DNA of 64,000 nt. Origin: Candidatus Latescibacterota bacterium. Lineage in GTDB: Bacteria; Latescibacterota; UBA2968. Every line of letters starts with the position of its first letter. Within the stretch, counting starts at the first letter, position 1. A model generated the notes under the pieces. That model was not told where the DNA came from. It saw only the letters and a program-made list of their open reading frames with translations, and searched no databases. A program made the translations under genes and the position numbers. The stretch is taken from the NCBI GenBank assembly GCA_965198115.1, contig OZ240241.1:4000001-4064000 (forward strand), read 5' to 3'. This document shows positions 54,138 to 64,000 of this stretch, one piece after another.

Positions 54138-55319
54138 ATGAAATGCGCAACCCTCTACATCGGAATCGTCCTGCTCGTGACCGTCACGACAGCCGTTGTT
54201 CCCGATCGACTACTCGCGCAGAAAGAGGCCGTCGTCGATTCATCGAGGCAGGCACGGAAGCACCTGTCATTCGGCGCCCGGTATTACAAGAACAAGTCGT
54301 TCGAAGACGCCGAAACCCAACTCCTCAAGTCGGTTGCCTACAACCCTTCAGAAGGTCGGGCAGCCTACTATCTCGGGCGCGTCTACAACGACACCGACCG
54401 ATACGATGAGGCACTGGAGTGGTTCGACAAGGCCATTGAGCTTCTCAAGCCGACAAGCCCCAGTTTTCAGAACAGCTATTTCTTCAAGGGTCAGATCTAC
54501 CAGCTCCAGGAAGACCGGCCCAACGCAATCGATACTTACCAAAAACTCCTCGACATCGACCCCAAACCCGAACAGAAGATTCAGTATCTCCACTATCTGA
54601 TCAGCATGCTCGTCGAGGAGGAAGAATTCGAACCAGCCCTCGAATATGCTCGAGTGTGGGGCGAACTCGATCCCGACAACCCCGAAGTGCGCGATACGAT
54701 CGCCAAACTCGCCATGCATACCGGTGGCGCCGAGGAAGCGCTGGCGGAAAAGGAGAGAATTCTCGAGATGAACCCCAACGATTGGGAGACGCTCGAGTGG
54801 CTGGGCGACCAATATCGAGGACTGCAGGAACACGATAAGGCATTCGATGCTTTCGCTCGACTCCACGACCACGACCCCACCAACTTCATCTACCTTGACA
54901 ATCTCCTCGAACTCAGCAACCATACGGGCAAGAGAAACAGTTACCGCGTTGGCATTTTAAAGAAAATGCACGATTTGCAGCCCAAGAATCTCAAGGTCCT
55001 GGAGTCGTTGGCCGATCAGACGGGTTCTCTCAGGTGGATCAACACCGGGCTCAAGGTGGATGCACAGAGTGGACGACTGAACTACCTTAAGGGCGACCAC
55101 TATCTTAAAAGATGGAACAACGCTTCGGCCAAGCAGGATTCGGTTCGAGCCCTTACCTGGTACAAGAAAGCGCTGAAGGATCCCCAGTGGAGGGACAACG
55201 CTCAGCGAATGATCTGGGAGCTCGATCCGCCGCTCACCGAGGAGGAGAAGCGAAAGCGCGAATTCTTCGACAAGTCAAAGAACAAGAAAGAGGAAGTCAA
55301 GGTTAAGGGTAAGAAGTAG
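54138..55319 (+). CDS. Exported TPR protein
   Basis: AGGAG RBS, signal peptide, TPR helices. Confidence 0.85.
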   Translation: MKCATLYIGIVLLVTVTTAVVPDRLLAQKEAVVDSSRQARKHLSFGARYYKNKSFEDAETQLLKSVAYNPSEGRAAYYLGRVYNDTDRYDEALEWFDKAIELLKPTSPSFQNSYFFKGQIYQLQEDRPNAIDTYQKLLDIDPKPEQKIQYLHYLISMLVEEEEFEPALEYARVWGELDPDNPEVRDTIAKLAMHTGGAEEALAEKERILEMNPNDWETLEWLGDQYRGLQEHDKAFDAFARLHDHDPTNFIYLDNLLELSNHTGKRNSYRVGILKKMHDLQPKNLKVLESLADQTGSLRWINTGLKVDAQSGRLNYLKGDHYLKRWNNASAKQDSVRALTWYKKALKDPQWRDNAQRMIWELDPPLTEEEKRKREFFDKSKNKKEEVKVKGKK

Positions 55320-55522
55320 AAGAAGAGGAGAACCTCTTCGGTAATCTGCTCCTCGTTCTTCATCGCCTCACTACTTTCACCCGTTCGTGTGGGTCCACCG
55401 CTTGCATAGGCTACCCTGGCCATTCCCGGATTGCGGGACCACCGGTGACCACATCAAGCTCCGGGTTGGACCCTCCCCGATTTTCGTGACACAATACAAA
55501 CCAATCTCTTGGGGGATGTGGC

Positions 55523-56140
55523 ATGGTTGAACTGTTCGTCAAAGGTGGGCCCTTCATGTGGCCCCTTCTTCTTATGTTGTTCTTCGGTCTCGTCGTGTCC
55601 TTCGAACGCCTCTACACGCTCAGCAAGGCGCACATCAATTCAAAAGAGTTCTTTACGCAGGTCCAGGAGGCCTTGAAGCAGGGGGGACCTGAAGCGGCTG
55701 CCGAAATTTGCTCGAACACACCGGGCCCCGTTGCCTCCGTATTGCACGCAGGTCTGCTACGGTTGGACCGGGGTCTCGACCACGTCGAGAAAGCCATCAC
55801 CGAATCGGGGGCGGTCGAAATGGCCTTTCTCGAGCGGGGCATGGTCTGGTTGTCGACGGTCGCCAACATTGCTCCGCTGCTGGGCTTCCTTGGGACCGTG
55901 TCCGGTATGATCGGCGCGTTCGAGGCAATCGCCGCTGCAGGCGATGTCGAGCCTAGCATCGTGGCCAGCGGCATCTCCGAGGCACTGATCACTACCGCCT
56001 CCGGTCTGGTGATCGCCATCCCCATTCAGGCTTTTCACAACTTCTTCGTTTCGAAAATCGACAAAATTATCATCGACATGCAGGAAGCCTCCACCCAGTT
56101 TGTCGAAGAACTGATTCAGCTGGGGTACGGCAAGGAGTAA
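55523..56140 (+). CDS. exbB: MotA/TolQ/ExbB proton channel
   Basis: GGPFMWPL, APLLGFLGTVSGMI, GISEALITTA. Confidence 0.9.
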   Translation: MVELFVKGGPFMWPLLLMLFFGLVVSFERLYTLSKAHINSKEFFTQVQEALKQGGPEAAAEICSNTPGPVASVLHAGLLRLDRGLDHVEKAITESGAVEMAFLERGMVWLSTVANIAPLLGFLGTVSGMIGAFEAIAAAGDVEPSIVASGISEALITTASGLVIAIPIQAFHNFFVSKIDKIIIDMQEASTQFVEELIQLGYGKE

Positions 56141-56143
56141 TCC

Positions 56144-56545
56144 ATGCATCTCAATCGACGGGAAAAGTCAAACCCGGAGATTCCGACGAGTTCGATGGCC
56201 GACATCGCCTTCCTGCTCATCGTCTTCTTCCTCGTGACAACGACGATGAACCAGGACAAAGGCATCGGCATGCAACTCCCCCCGGCGGGTGAGTCGAAGA
56301 AGATTCAGAAAAAGAACATTTGCAACATCTGGGTCAACGCGGCTGGTGCGATCCTCATCAATCTCGAAGAGGAAGTCCCCCTCACCCAACTGCGTGCGAA
56401 CATCGAAGCACGCATCGCCACGAACGAGAAGCTCATCGTCTCACTCAAGGCCGATGAAGAGACATCTTACGAAAGCTTCATCTCCGTACTGGACGAAGTC
56501 AAGCTCGCCGGAGCCGACAAAATTTCTCTAGCCTCGCCCGAATAG
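56144..56545 (+). CDS. exbD: ExbD/TolR family protein
   Basis: SMADIAFLLIVFFLVTT. Confidence 0.9.
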   Translation: MHLNRREKSNPEIPTSSMADIAFLLIVFFLVTTTMNQDKGIGMQLPPAGESKKIQKKNICNIWVNAAGAILINLEEEVPLTQLRANIEARIATNEKLIVSLKADEETSYESFISVLDEVKLAGADKISLASPE

Positions 56546-56554
56546 GGGGTTCCA

Positions 56555-56965
56555 TTGCCTGATTTCAAGAAAAAATCGAGCGTTGGTGAATCGATCCCCA
56601 CGGGCTCCATGGCCGATATCGCTTTTCTCCTCCTGATTTTCTTCATGGTCACCACCGTCTTCGTGCGGTATCGCGTGACTGGAATCATTCTGCCCCGGGC
56701 GGAAAAGATCGAGGAGTTGAAGAAACGGCGATTGATCTCCTATCTCTGGGTTTCGGCCGATCGCAAGATCTACATTGACGACAAGGTCGCGCAGCTCGAC
56801 CAGGTCGCCAACGTCTTCTACGAACGACGGGTCAAGGAACCCCAAACCATCGTTTCGCTTAAATGCGACTTCCGGGCACCGTATGGGCTCGTGTCGCGAG
56901 TGATCGAGGAACTCCGAAAAGCGGACACACTGCGAATCAACTTTGCCGCTGACAAGGAGGGGTGA
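56555..56965 (+). CDS. exbD: ExbD/TolR family protein (second copy)
   Basis: SMADIAFLLLIFFMVTT. Confidence 0.9.
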   Translation: MPDFKKKSSVGESIPTGSMADIAFLLLIFFMVTTVFVRYRVTGIILPRAEKIEELKKRRLISYLWVSADRKIYIDDKVAQLDQVANVFYERRVKEPQTIVSLKCDFRAPYGLVSRVIEELRKADTLRINFAADKEG

Positions 56966-57612
56966 CCATGGTTAGAGGAAAAAACCCCGAAGCCGATCTG
57001 AGGCTGCGATACAAGAAAGTCTTCTGGATCTGTACGGGTATCAACTTTGTGCTCCACGTGCTCTTCGCCGTCCTCTTTCCCGATATGAATGTCCAGGCGG
57101 CGACCCGAAAGCGAGATCAGATCATCATCAACATGGAAGACATTCCAGAAACGCGTCAGATCCAGCGCCCCCCACCCCCACCGCGTCCTGCCGTGCCGAT
57201 CGAGACGGAAAGCGACGACGTGCCCGATGACGTCACGATCGAAAGCACGGACCTCGATTTCGACGATGCGACGGTCGACCTGCCACCTCCACCGCCACCA
57301 GGCTCCCACGACGCCATGGAGGAGGAGATCCTCGAATTCTTCATGGTCGAGGACAAGCCCAAACTCAAAAAGGGCGCGAAGCCGAAATATCCGGAGATCG
57401 CCAGAAAGGCGGGGCTTCAGGGTAAGGTGTTTGTCCGCTTCCACGTGGGCAGGGATGGCCGTGTCAAACAGGTTCAGATCCTCAAGGGTGAGGAAATCTT
57501 TCGCCAGGCCGCTATAGATGCGGTCATGCAGTTCGTTTTTTCTCCCGCCATGCAGAACGACAAGCCCGTCGCCGTCTGGATGAGCCAGGTCATACGATTC
57601 GACCTGAACTGA
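56962..57612 (+). CDS. tonB: Energy transducer TonB
   Basis: TM helix, Pro-rich linker, YPEIARKAGLQGKV..FSPA. Confidence 0.92.
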   Translation: MTMVRGKNPEADLRLRYKKVFWICTGINFVLHVLFAVLFPDMNVQAATRKRDQIIINMEDIPETRQIQRPPPPPRPAVPIETESDDVPDDVTIESTDLDFDDATVDLPPPPPPGSHDAMEEEILEFFMVEDKPKLKKGAKPKYPEIARKAGLQGKVFVRFHVGRDGRVKQVQILKGEEIFRQAAIDAVMQFVFSPAMQNDKPVAVWMSQVIRFDLN

Positions 57613-57636
57613 CGCCCAGAAAGAGAGTCAGTCGGG

Positions 57637-57668
57637 GGCCGCTACGACCGCGTCGTGGCGGCCCTTTT
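57637..57668 (+). terminator. Intrinsic terminator
   Basis: GGGCCGCTACGAC-cgc-GTCGTGGCGGCCC followed by TTTT. Confidence 0.8.
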
Positions 57669-57770
57669 GTGTTGCTTCTTGACACTCACGGGCGGGATTG
57701 ACTACTTTATTGGCTGTCCTGATTCGATCCGCACCAAACCACCTGTACCAGCAGCCAGATTGGGAGAACG

Positions 57771-58976
57771 ATGCTGATGACACGACGATTACTTGCCGCC
57801 GTCGTGGTGGCCCTACTGCTCGTTTCGTCGCCCAGCTTTACTCAAGTTTCGCCCGAGTCCGCTGAAAAATACAACGCTGGACAAGACCTGTTCCAAAAGC
57901 GACGCTACGCCGATGCCATCAAGACCTTCGAAGAAGCCGTAACCCTTGACGGGAAGAACGCCCAGGCCTACCAGGCAATGGGGTTGACGTATCAGAAAAT
58001 GCGGAACTACGAGAAGGCCGCGGAAGCTTACAAGATGGCGACATCTGTCAAACGTGACTACACGGGGGCCTATTTCGCGCTGGGTCAACTGCAGCTCGTT
58101 TCGCTCAAACAATATCGCGATGCTCAGGCCAGCTTCAGGAAAGTCCTGGAAATGGAGCCGGGCTTCAAAGACGGAAAAGCTCGAGAATTCCTGGCTGGTG
58201 CACATCTTCGGCAAGGCCTGACCTATATCCGACAGAAGGACTACAAGGGTGCGGTTGAAGAATACACCGAGGCCAGTCAGATAGACCCGTCGAGCGCCAA
58301 GACGTTCTACAACTTGGGTCTGGCGCACAAGGGTGCACGTAATTACAAGGAGGCAATCGCATCAATCTCGACGGCAACGGATCTCGACCCCAATTACGAC
58401 AAGGCCTACAAGTCGCTCGGAGATCTCTACAAGCTTACGAGAAAAAACAGCCGGGCAGCGGCCGCCTACGAAAAGGCCATCAAAGCCAATGTCAAGAACG
58501 GTAGGGCCTACATCGAACTAGCCGATGTTTACAGCGACACGAAACAGTTCAAGAAGGCAGTGACCACCCTCAAGAGAGGCGTCGCGGCCGTTCCCAACGA
58601 TGCCAAGATGTTGACCTCCCTTGGGTTCGCGAAGCATCAGGCCAAAGACTTCTCAGGAGCCATCGCTTCCTACAAGCGGGCACTCGCCAAAGACGCTCGA
58701 TCGAAGGAGACGAACTACCGGATCGCGGTTACCTATTTTGAAACGAAGCAATACAAGTCGGCGGCAGCTGCTGCCCGGAAGGCGCTTTCCGGCAGGTACA
58801 GCGTACCTGCCAACGTGATCCTCGGTGACATTTACGAAGCCATGAAGAGCGACGGGTGGAAGGACAAGGCCATCGCGCACTATGAGAAGGGGTTGCGTGA
58901 CCGTCGTTACAAGAAGTATTGCGAAGATAAGATCGAACGGATCAAGAATCCGATGGGTGAGGAAGAGACTGGGTGA
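57771..58976 (+). CDS. Exported TPR protein
   Basis: Signal peptide, multiple canonical TPRs. Confidence 0.88.
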   Translation: MLMTRRLLAAVVVALLLVSSPSFTQVSPESAEKYNAGQDLFQKRRYADAIKTFEEAVTLDGKNAQAYQAMGLTYQKMRNYEKAAEAYKMATSVKRDYTGAYFALGQLQLVSLKQYRDAQASFRKVLEMEPGFKDGKAREFLAGAHLRQGLTYIRQKDYKGAVEEYTEASQIDPSSAKTFYNLGLAHKGARNYKEAIASISTATDLDPNYDKAYKSLGDLYKLTRKNSRAAAAYEKAIKANVKNGRAYIELADVYSDTKQFKKAVTTLKRGVAAVPNDAKMLTSLGFAKHQAKDFSGAIASYKRALAKDARSKETNYRIAVTYFETKQYKSAAAAARKALSGRYSVPANVILGDIYEAMKSDGWKDKAIAHYEKGLRDRRYKKYCEDKIERIKNPMGEEETG

Positions 58977-61900
58977 ACCGTGGCGACCTGATCTCGATAG
59001 GAACCGAAAATGGGGGCTCGATGAGTTCCCATTTTTCTTTGGTGCAAGGAAATAAGCTTTTGGTAAATTTAGTACTTAAGGGCGTTCCGTGCCCAGTCGA
59101 TAGTAATAGTGCCTCCCTTGCGGGAGAACTATGTCCGTATCCGGGACTGCCGTCCTCCGACGGAGGAGGAAAAACGTCAGGTCATCGCCGAATTCCCCAC
59201 AGGTGATATTATGGCAGAAGAACCCCTAGATCCCCAGAGCGAAGAGTCCGAAGAGGCCGAACCAGAGGCCCTCGACCAAAACGCCATCAACGAAATGCTC
59301 GAACAGGCCCAGGATTCCGAGGCCGACAATCTGGAAAACCTGCTCGACGACCTCGAAGAGACTCCCGAAGACGCGGAGGAGGGTGCAGAAACCTCTGACG
59401 CCGACCAGATGGAATCCATGCTCGACGACATGGAGGAGGAGACATCCGAGGAAAACCTGGATGACGTCCTCTACCAGGCGACACTCGCCGATACAGAAGC
59501 CACCACACAGGATGGAGAGCCCGTCGCCGAACCCGCTGAAGCTGAAGCCGCTGCCTCCGTGGATGAAGGAACGACGGAGGAGGAGGCCGAGGCTCTAGAC
59601 GATCTGGCCGCGCTTTTCGATGACGAAGATACTAAGGCTGAGGATGAAGCCGAGGAGGTAGTGGCTGTCGAGGAGCCGTCGGTCGATGAAGAAACGCCGA
59701 CCGATCAAGCTGTCGAGGAAGAGCCTCGCGATGAAGTAGAGGACCTCGGCGCCCTCCTCCAGGGGCTCGATGGCGACACGACTGAAGATCCCGTCGAAAC
59801 GGCTGTCGAAGAACCAGAGGAGGAAACGACCAGCGAACCGTCTGTTGACGAGGAGGCGGTCGGCGCAGAAGCGGATGCCGATACGGCAGAGATTGAAGAT
59901 CTGGACGATGCTGCCACCGAAGAAATAGTGGATCTCGTCGAGTCCCCCGAAGAGGGCGAGGATATCGCAGCAGCTGAACCGGTCGAAGATGAGGTAGATG
60001 TCGACATGGCCGACCTCGTCGACTCGCTCGACGAAGATGCCGGGGTCGCAGTGAGTGCGGAAGCCGCCGATCTGGAGACCGCCGAAGAAGCCACAGAAGA
60101 GGAAGGGCTGGAGGATCTTGTCGAAACTCTCGATGATGAAGAGAGCGCTGAAGGCGAGACGTCTGACGAAGACGCCGTCGAGGAAATCGATCTCGAGGCA
60201 CTCACCGAAGCGGAGGAGGATGACGACGTCGCCGATCTCGTCGATTCACTCGTCGATGAAGAGGCCCCCGACGACGAAGTCATCGCGGAGGATACGGCCG
60301 AGGGCGAGAGCGACGAAGATGCCGCCGAGGCCGTCGAATCGCTCGAGGATGACGAGCTTGTTGAGGACGCCGCAGACCCGGCCGTCGAGGGTGACGATGA
60401 TGTCGCCGACCTCGTCGAGGCGCTCGAAGACGATGCGTCCACCGATGTCACCGATACGGAAGACGTAGACCTGGCGGATCTGACCGAGGAAGATGATGTC
60501 GCCGAACTCGTCGAGGCGCTTGAAGACGACGAGTCTCCTGCGGAAAGCGAAGCCGAAGAGGCTATCGACCTCGGGCAGGTCGCTGAGGAGAGCGACGAGG
60601 AAAGTCTGTTCGATGCTCTGGTCGACGAGACGGACGAAGAGACCGAAGCGGTCGTAGATGACGCGGTTGAAGGCGAGGCCGTCGATGACGAAATAGAGGT
60701 CGATGCGATCGAAGACCTTGAAGAAGATGTCACCGACCCCTCGGCCGAGGAAATTACTGAATTGGCCGAAGAGGAAGACCCTGGCGAACTAGCCGAACTC
60801 CTGGACGACCTCGAGGAGGCAGACGATGCCGCGCCCGAAGTCGAAACCGAATCCGAGGACGACCTCGCCGACCTGATCGACAACCTGGAAGATGACGAGG
60901 CCGGGGCTGAAGTCCTGGACGAGGAAGATGATCTCTCGGATCTGCTCGAGGAGGAGGAAGGAGACGTTGCAGACGTCCTCACCCTGGACGACGACGAACC
61001 CGAAGAGGATGTGAACCTCGAGACGCTGATCGCCGAAGATCCTGTCGAGGAGGACCTGGACCTCACGGCGGACCCGGAAGAGAGCGACGAATCGGTCCTC
61101 GCCCTGTCAGACGAAGAAGACCTGGAGGATCTGGACAGTCTTCTCGAGGATCTGGACGCAGACCCCACCCCAATCGAGACCGTCCCCGACGAGGCCGAGG
61201 ATGACCTCGACGCGCTTCTCGCAGAAGACGACACGGACTTGACAATTGGCGTCGAGGACGAAGTCGCACACATCCTCGCAACAGGTGCGCCTCCTCCAGA
61301 CGCCGAAGATTCGATCCTCGATGACTTCAAGAGTGTTCAGGCGGACCTCGCTACAGAGGGAGGCGATGAAGGGGGAACCATCCTCTTCGTCGACTCTGAC
61401 GGGGAGAACATCAACCTTTTCCGTGATGCGCTCTCAGACGGTGACTACGCTTTAGTGACCGCTCCCTCTAGCGGAGAGGCTCTGAGTGCCATTCAGATAC
61501 ACGACGTCGATCTGATTCTCGTCAATCTCGACGAGGGGGACGGGGCGGATCTCGTGTCGGAACTCGGCGGACCGGATATGCCCGACATCCCGGTCATCGT
61601 CACGAGCGAAGAGAGTGAGAGGATCGAAACCGCCCTTCAGGAGGGAGCTGTCGACCACTTCTCCCGCCCCATTGGTGTGCTCGACCTCGAACTCCAGGTT
61701 CCGCTGACCGTCTCTAACCTCATTCGTCTCCGCCGTGCGGAGCGCACCCTGGCCGGAATGCCGTCCACTGCAATGGCAGAACCAACCGAGGACGACTCGG
61801 ACGTGGCCCTGGGCGCCGCCGAAGACGATTTGGACGCACTCCTGGGCGATGATCCGATTGTCGACGACGATGACCTGTTCGACGAAGACACGAACGATCT

Positions 61901-62376
61901 CGTCGACGATGACCTCTCCTCCTCCCTCGATCTCGACGATCTGCTCGATGACGACCTGAGCGAGGATGACCTCGATACCTCCCCCGAGGCGCTCCTGACG
62001 GGGACGGGGGGCAGCTTGACCGACGACGAGGGCGAGCGGTTGACACCCCTGTCCGATCAGGGCAAGATGGCAAAACGAATGGACCTCTACACGCCCACGA
62101 AATCATCCAGCCTGCCCACGTTCATCGGCATCGTGGGACTCGTTCTCGCCCTCGCCGGTATCAGCGGCCTGGCGACAAAATACGTGATGGACATGCGAGA
62201 CGCCGAGATGGTCGAGCCCCAATCCACGCGTCCGATCGCCCTCCCGGTGATCAAGCCTCCGACCATCCAACAGGCGGGTTACGAACGGTCTCGCGATCAG
62301 GTGCGGCGCCCAACCGACTTCGAGCGCCAAGCGGACAACGTCAAGCTCCGAATCCGGAATTCGGTCAGGGAGCTAA

Positions 62377-63670
62377 GGGTTCGCGAATAAATAAACGGTC
62401 GATCTCAATGTTGAGCCATTGGCCGGATCGTGTAGTTCCAGTCGCCGTGGAAATCGTGCGGAGTGAGATCGATTTGGGTCATCTGTTCATCGGTCACCTT
62501 GACCCCGTTAGGGTAGGGTCGCTTGTCGATCTCGGAGCGTACTCGGAGACCGGCTTGAGTGGTCGTTCCGGCAATGAGATTCACGGTTGCAGCCAGGCTG
62601 ACCAGGGGCTTGCCTCGCCAGTTCATAGCGATGAAGGAGAACAGGCGATGTTCGATCTTGTTCCACTTACTAGTGCCAGGAGGGTAGTGGCATACGGTGA
62701 TCGTCAGGCCAGTGCGATTCGCAAAGCGCTGCAGCTCCCACTTCCACAGCCGCGTCTTGGCGCCGTTGCTGCCGCCTGCGTCCGCCGTGATTAGCAGATG
62801 CGTCGAAGTGCCGTAGGCGGGCCGTCCCATGTTCTTCCACCAACTTCGGATCGCATTCACGGCGAAGCTGGCCGTGTCGTGATCGATACCGACACTTACC
62901 CAGCCTTCATCACGGCTCAGATCATACACTCCATAAGGGATCGCCTTGCCCTGAGCAGGCACTATGAAATCGTGTACCTTCACACGCTCCGGGTCTCCCT
63001 TGGGTCGCCATTCTCGGCCAGGATTCTTGAAGTCGCCGATCAACTCTTTCTTCTTGGTGTCCACCGAGATAACGGGAAGGCCCTGCTGCTGCTGCTGGCT
63101 AATCCGATCATCGAGGTAAACGAACTGAGCGTCCCGATCCGGGTGTGCAGATCCCTCCCTTGTCTTCCGATTCGCCTGCAGCGTGTAATCGTGTTCGTGC
63201 AGGAGATTGGCAACGATCCTGGGGCTCACCGAATGCCCCATCGCTTGCAACTCGGCGGCCAGTTTGCGAGTGCTCTTCGATGTCCATCTCAGAGGATTGT
63301 CGTCAGGCGACCCCGCAGTCGTTGGCTCGACCAGATCATTCAGGTCCTGCCACAGCGTCGGGTCCGTGTCGGCCTTCCGCTTACGACCGCCGCCTGGACG
63401 CCGGATGCGAGCCGGGTCCAAAGGTTCGTCCGACCTCAACTCCTGAATGCCACGAAAGATCCGCTCTCTGGACATTCCTGTCGCCAGAGCCACAATCGCG
63501 ATCCCACCGTGACCCAACGCTTCGGCTTCCGTGGCGGCCCACAGACGACGCGTGCGTTCCGTCAGCACCGGAGCCAAGGCTTCATACTTCGTTCGGAGAG
63601 TTTCGACGTCCACACTCCGAGCGTAAGATCATTACCTTGAAAAGTGCAGCACTTATTTCGTGGCAAACCC
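62377..63670 (-). mobile_element. ISAzo13-family element
   Basis: IRs GGGTTCGC..AAATAA / GGGTTTGC..AAATAA; TAA duplicated on both sides. Confidence 0.9.
62405..63613 (-). CDS. ISAzo13-family transposase
   Basis: LRWTSKS, ISVDTKKKELIG, ADAGGSNG, PPGTSKWNKIEHRLFS. Confidence 0.95.
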   Translation of the reverse strand: MDVETLRTKYEALAPVLTERTRRLWAATEAEALGHGGIAIVALATGMSRERIFRGIQELRSDEPLDPARIRRPGGGRKRKADTDPTLWQDLNDLVEPTTAGSPDDNPLRWTSKSTRKLAAELQAMGHSVSPRIVANLLHEHDYTLQANRKTREGSAHPDRDAQFVYLDDRISQQQQQGLPVISVDTKKKELIGDFKNPGREWRPKGDPERVKVHDFIVPAQGKAIPYGVYDLSRDEGWVSVGIDHDTASFAVNAIRSWWKNMGRPAYGTSTHLLITADAGGSNGAKTRLWKWELQRFANRTGLTITVCHYPPGTSKWNKIEHRLFSFIAMNWRGKPLVSLAATVNLIAGTTTQAGLRVRSEIDKRPYPNGVKVTDEQMTQIDLTPHDFHGDWNYTIRPMAQH

Positions 63671-64000
63671 TAAACGACCAAAACGGCGCTTGGTGGTCGC
63701 CTTGGCGCGTGATGCGCACCGTAGGAGGATCCGTCGACGTGCTCGTCCAGGGTCGAGATCGTCAGGATATCGTCGACGCATTCGGAGCCAGTCGATCGGA
63801 CGTGACAGCCGCGCTCAACAGCAACCGCACTGTAAGCTACCTCGAAGGTGTGGGCTACAACGTCCGCGGCAAGACAGAGTCTGATCTATCCGCCCGTGAG
63901 ACGTTCGAGCTCCTCTCCGCTCGAGAGATCAATTCGGCGGACGAAATCGTCGACGTCCTATCGAGATTGACCGATCGACTCGCACGCGATCGTGCTGAAC

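Larger units (their letters stand above)
59211..64000 (+). pseudogene. Giant acidic-repeat membrane protein with receiver-like domain, interrupted by ISAzo13; runs off the window
   Basis: About 720 aa of D/E-rich repeats, REC-like fold, TM helix; removing the IS restores the frame ELNDQNGAWWSPW.. open to 64000. Confidence 0.8.

Noticed and set aside
55320-55522. Cobalamin or other riboswitch upstream of exbB
   Set aside because: No recognisable consensus such as a B12 box; only weak hairpins
59705-61330. 541-aa Ser-rich antisense ORF and similar long shadow ORFs (15455..17071, 40404..41735)
   Set aside because: They are reverse-strand shadows of biased, GC-rich real genes

Overview
A GC-rich bacterial chromosomal region, probably from an uncultured Gram-negative lineage (TonB/ExbBD, TPR proteins, several PhyH and sugar-isomerase genes). 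Core and accessory content: a selenoneine cluster (senA-senB divergent from a selenocysteine-type selD), gltBD, guaB, nfeD-floA-yqfB, tRNA-Leu(CAA), tRNA-Met(CAT), exbB-exbD-exbD-tonB and a giant acidic membrane protein. Eight IS copies from six families are present (IS256 x3, IS1182, ISL3, IS1, IS3-like, ISAzo13), five with readable target duplications. A decayed island at the tRNA-Leu 3' end carries an SF2 helicase, an M.EcoRV-like methylase and a 10-copy TCTGACG motif array. Two observations stand out. (1) An IS1-family element carries an 88-nt tRNA(Sec)-like 9/3 cloverleaf with its own sigma70-type promoter, directly upstream of uncharacterised cargo genes. (2) senB has an in-frame UGA followed by a hairpin at the same 11-nt spacing as the selD SECIS. 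Caveat: about ten frameshifts and several in-frame stops suggest sequencing error or decay, so every single-base claim needs read-level confirmation. Family calls are from motif recognition by eye; no database search was run.
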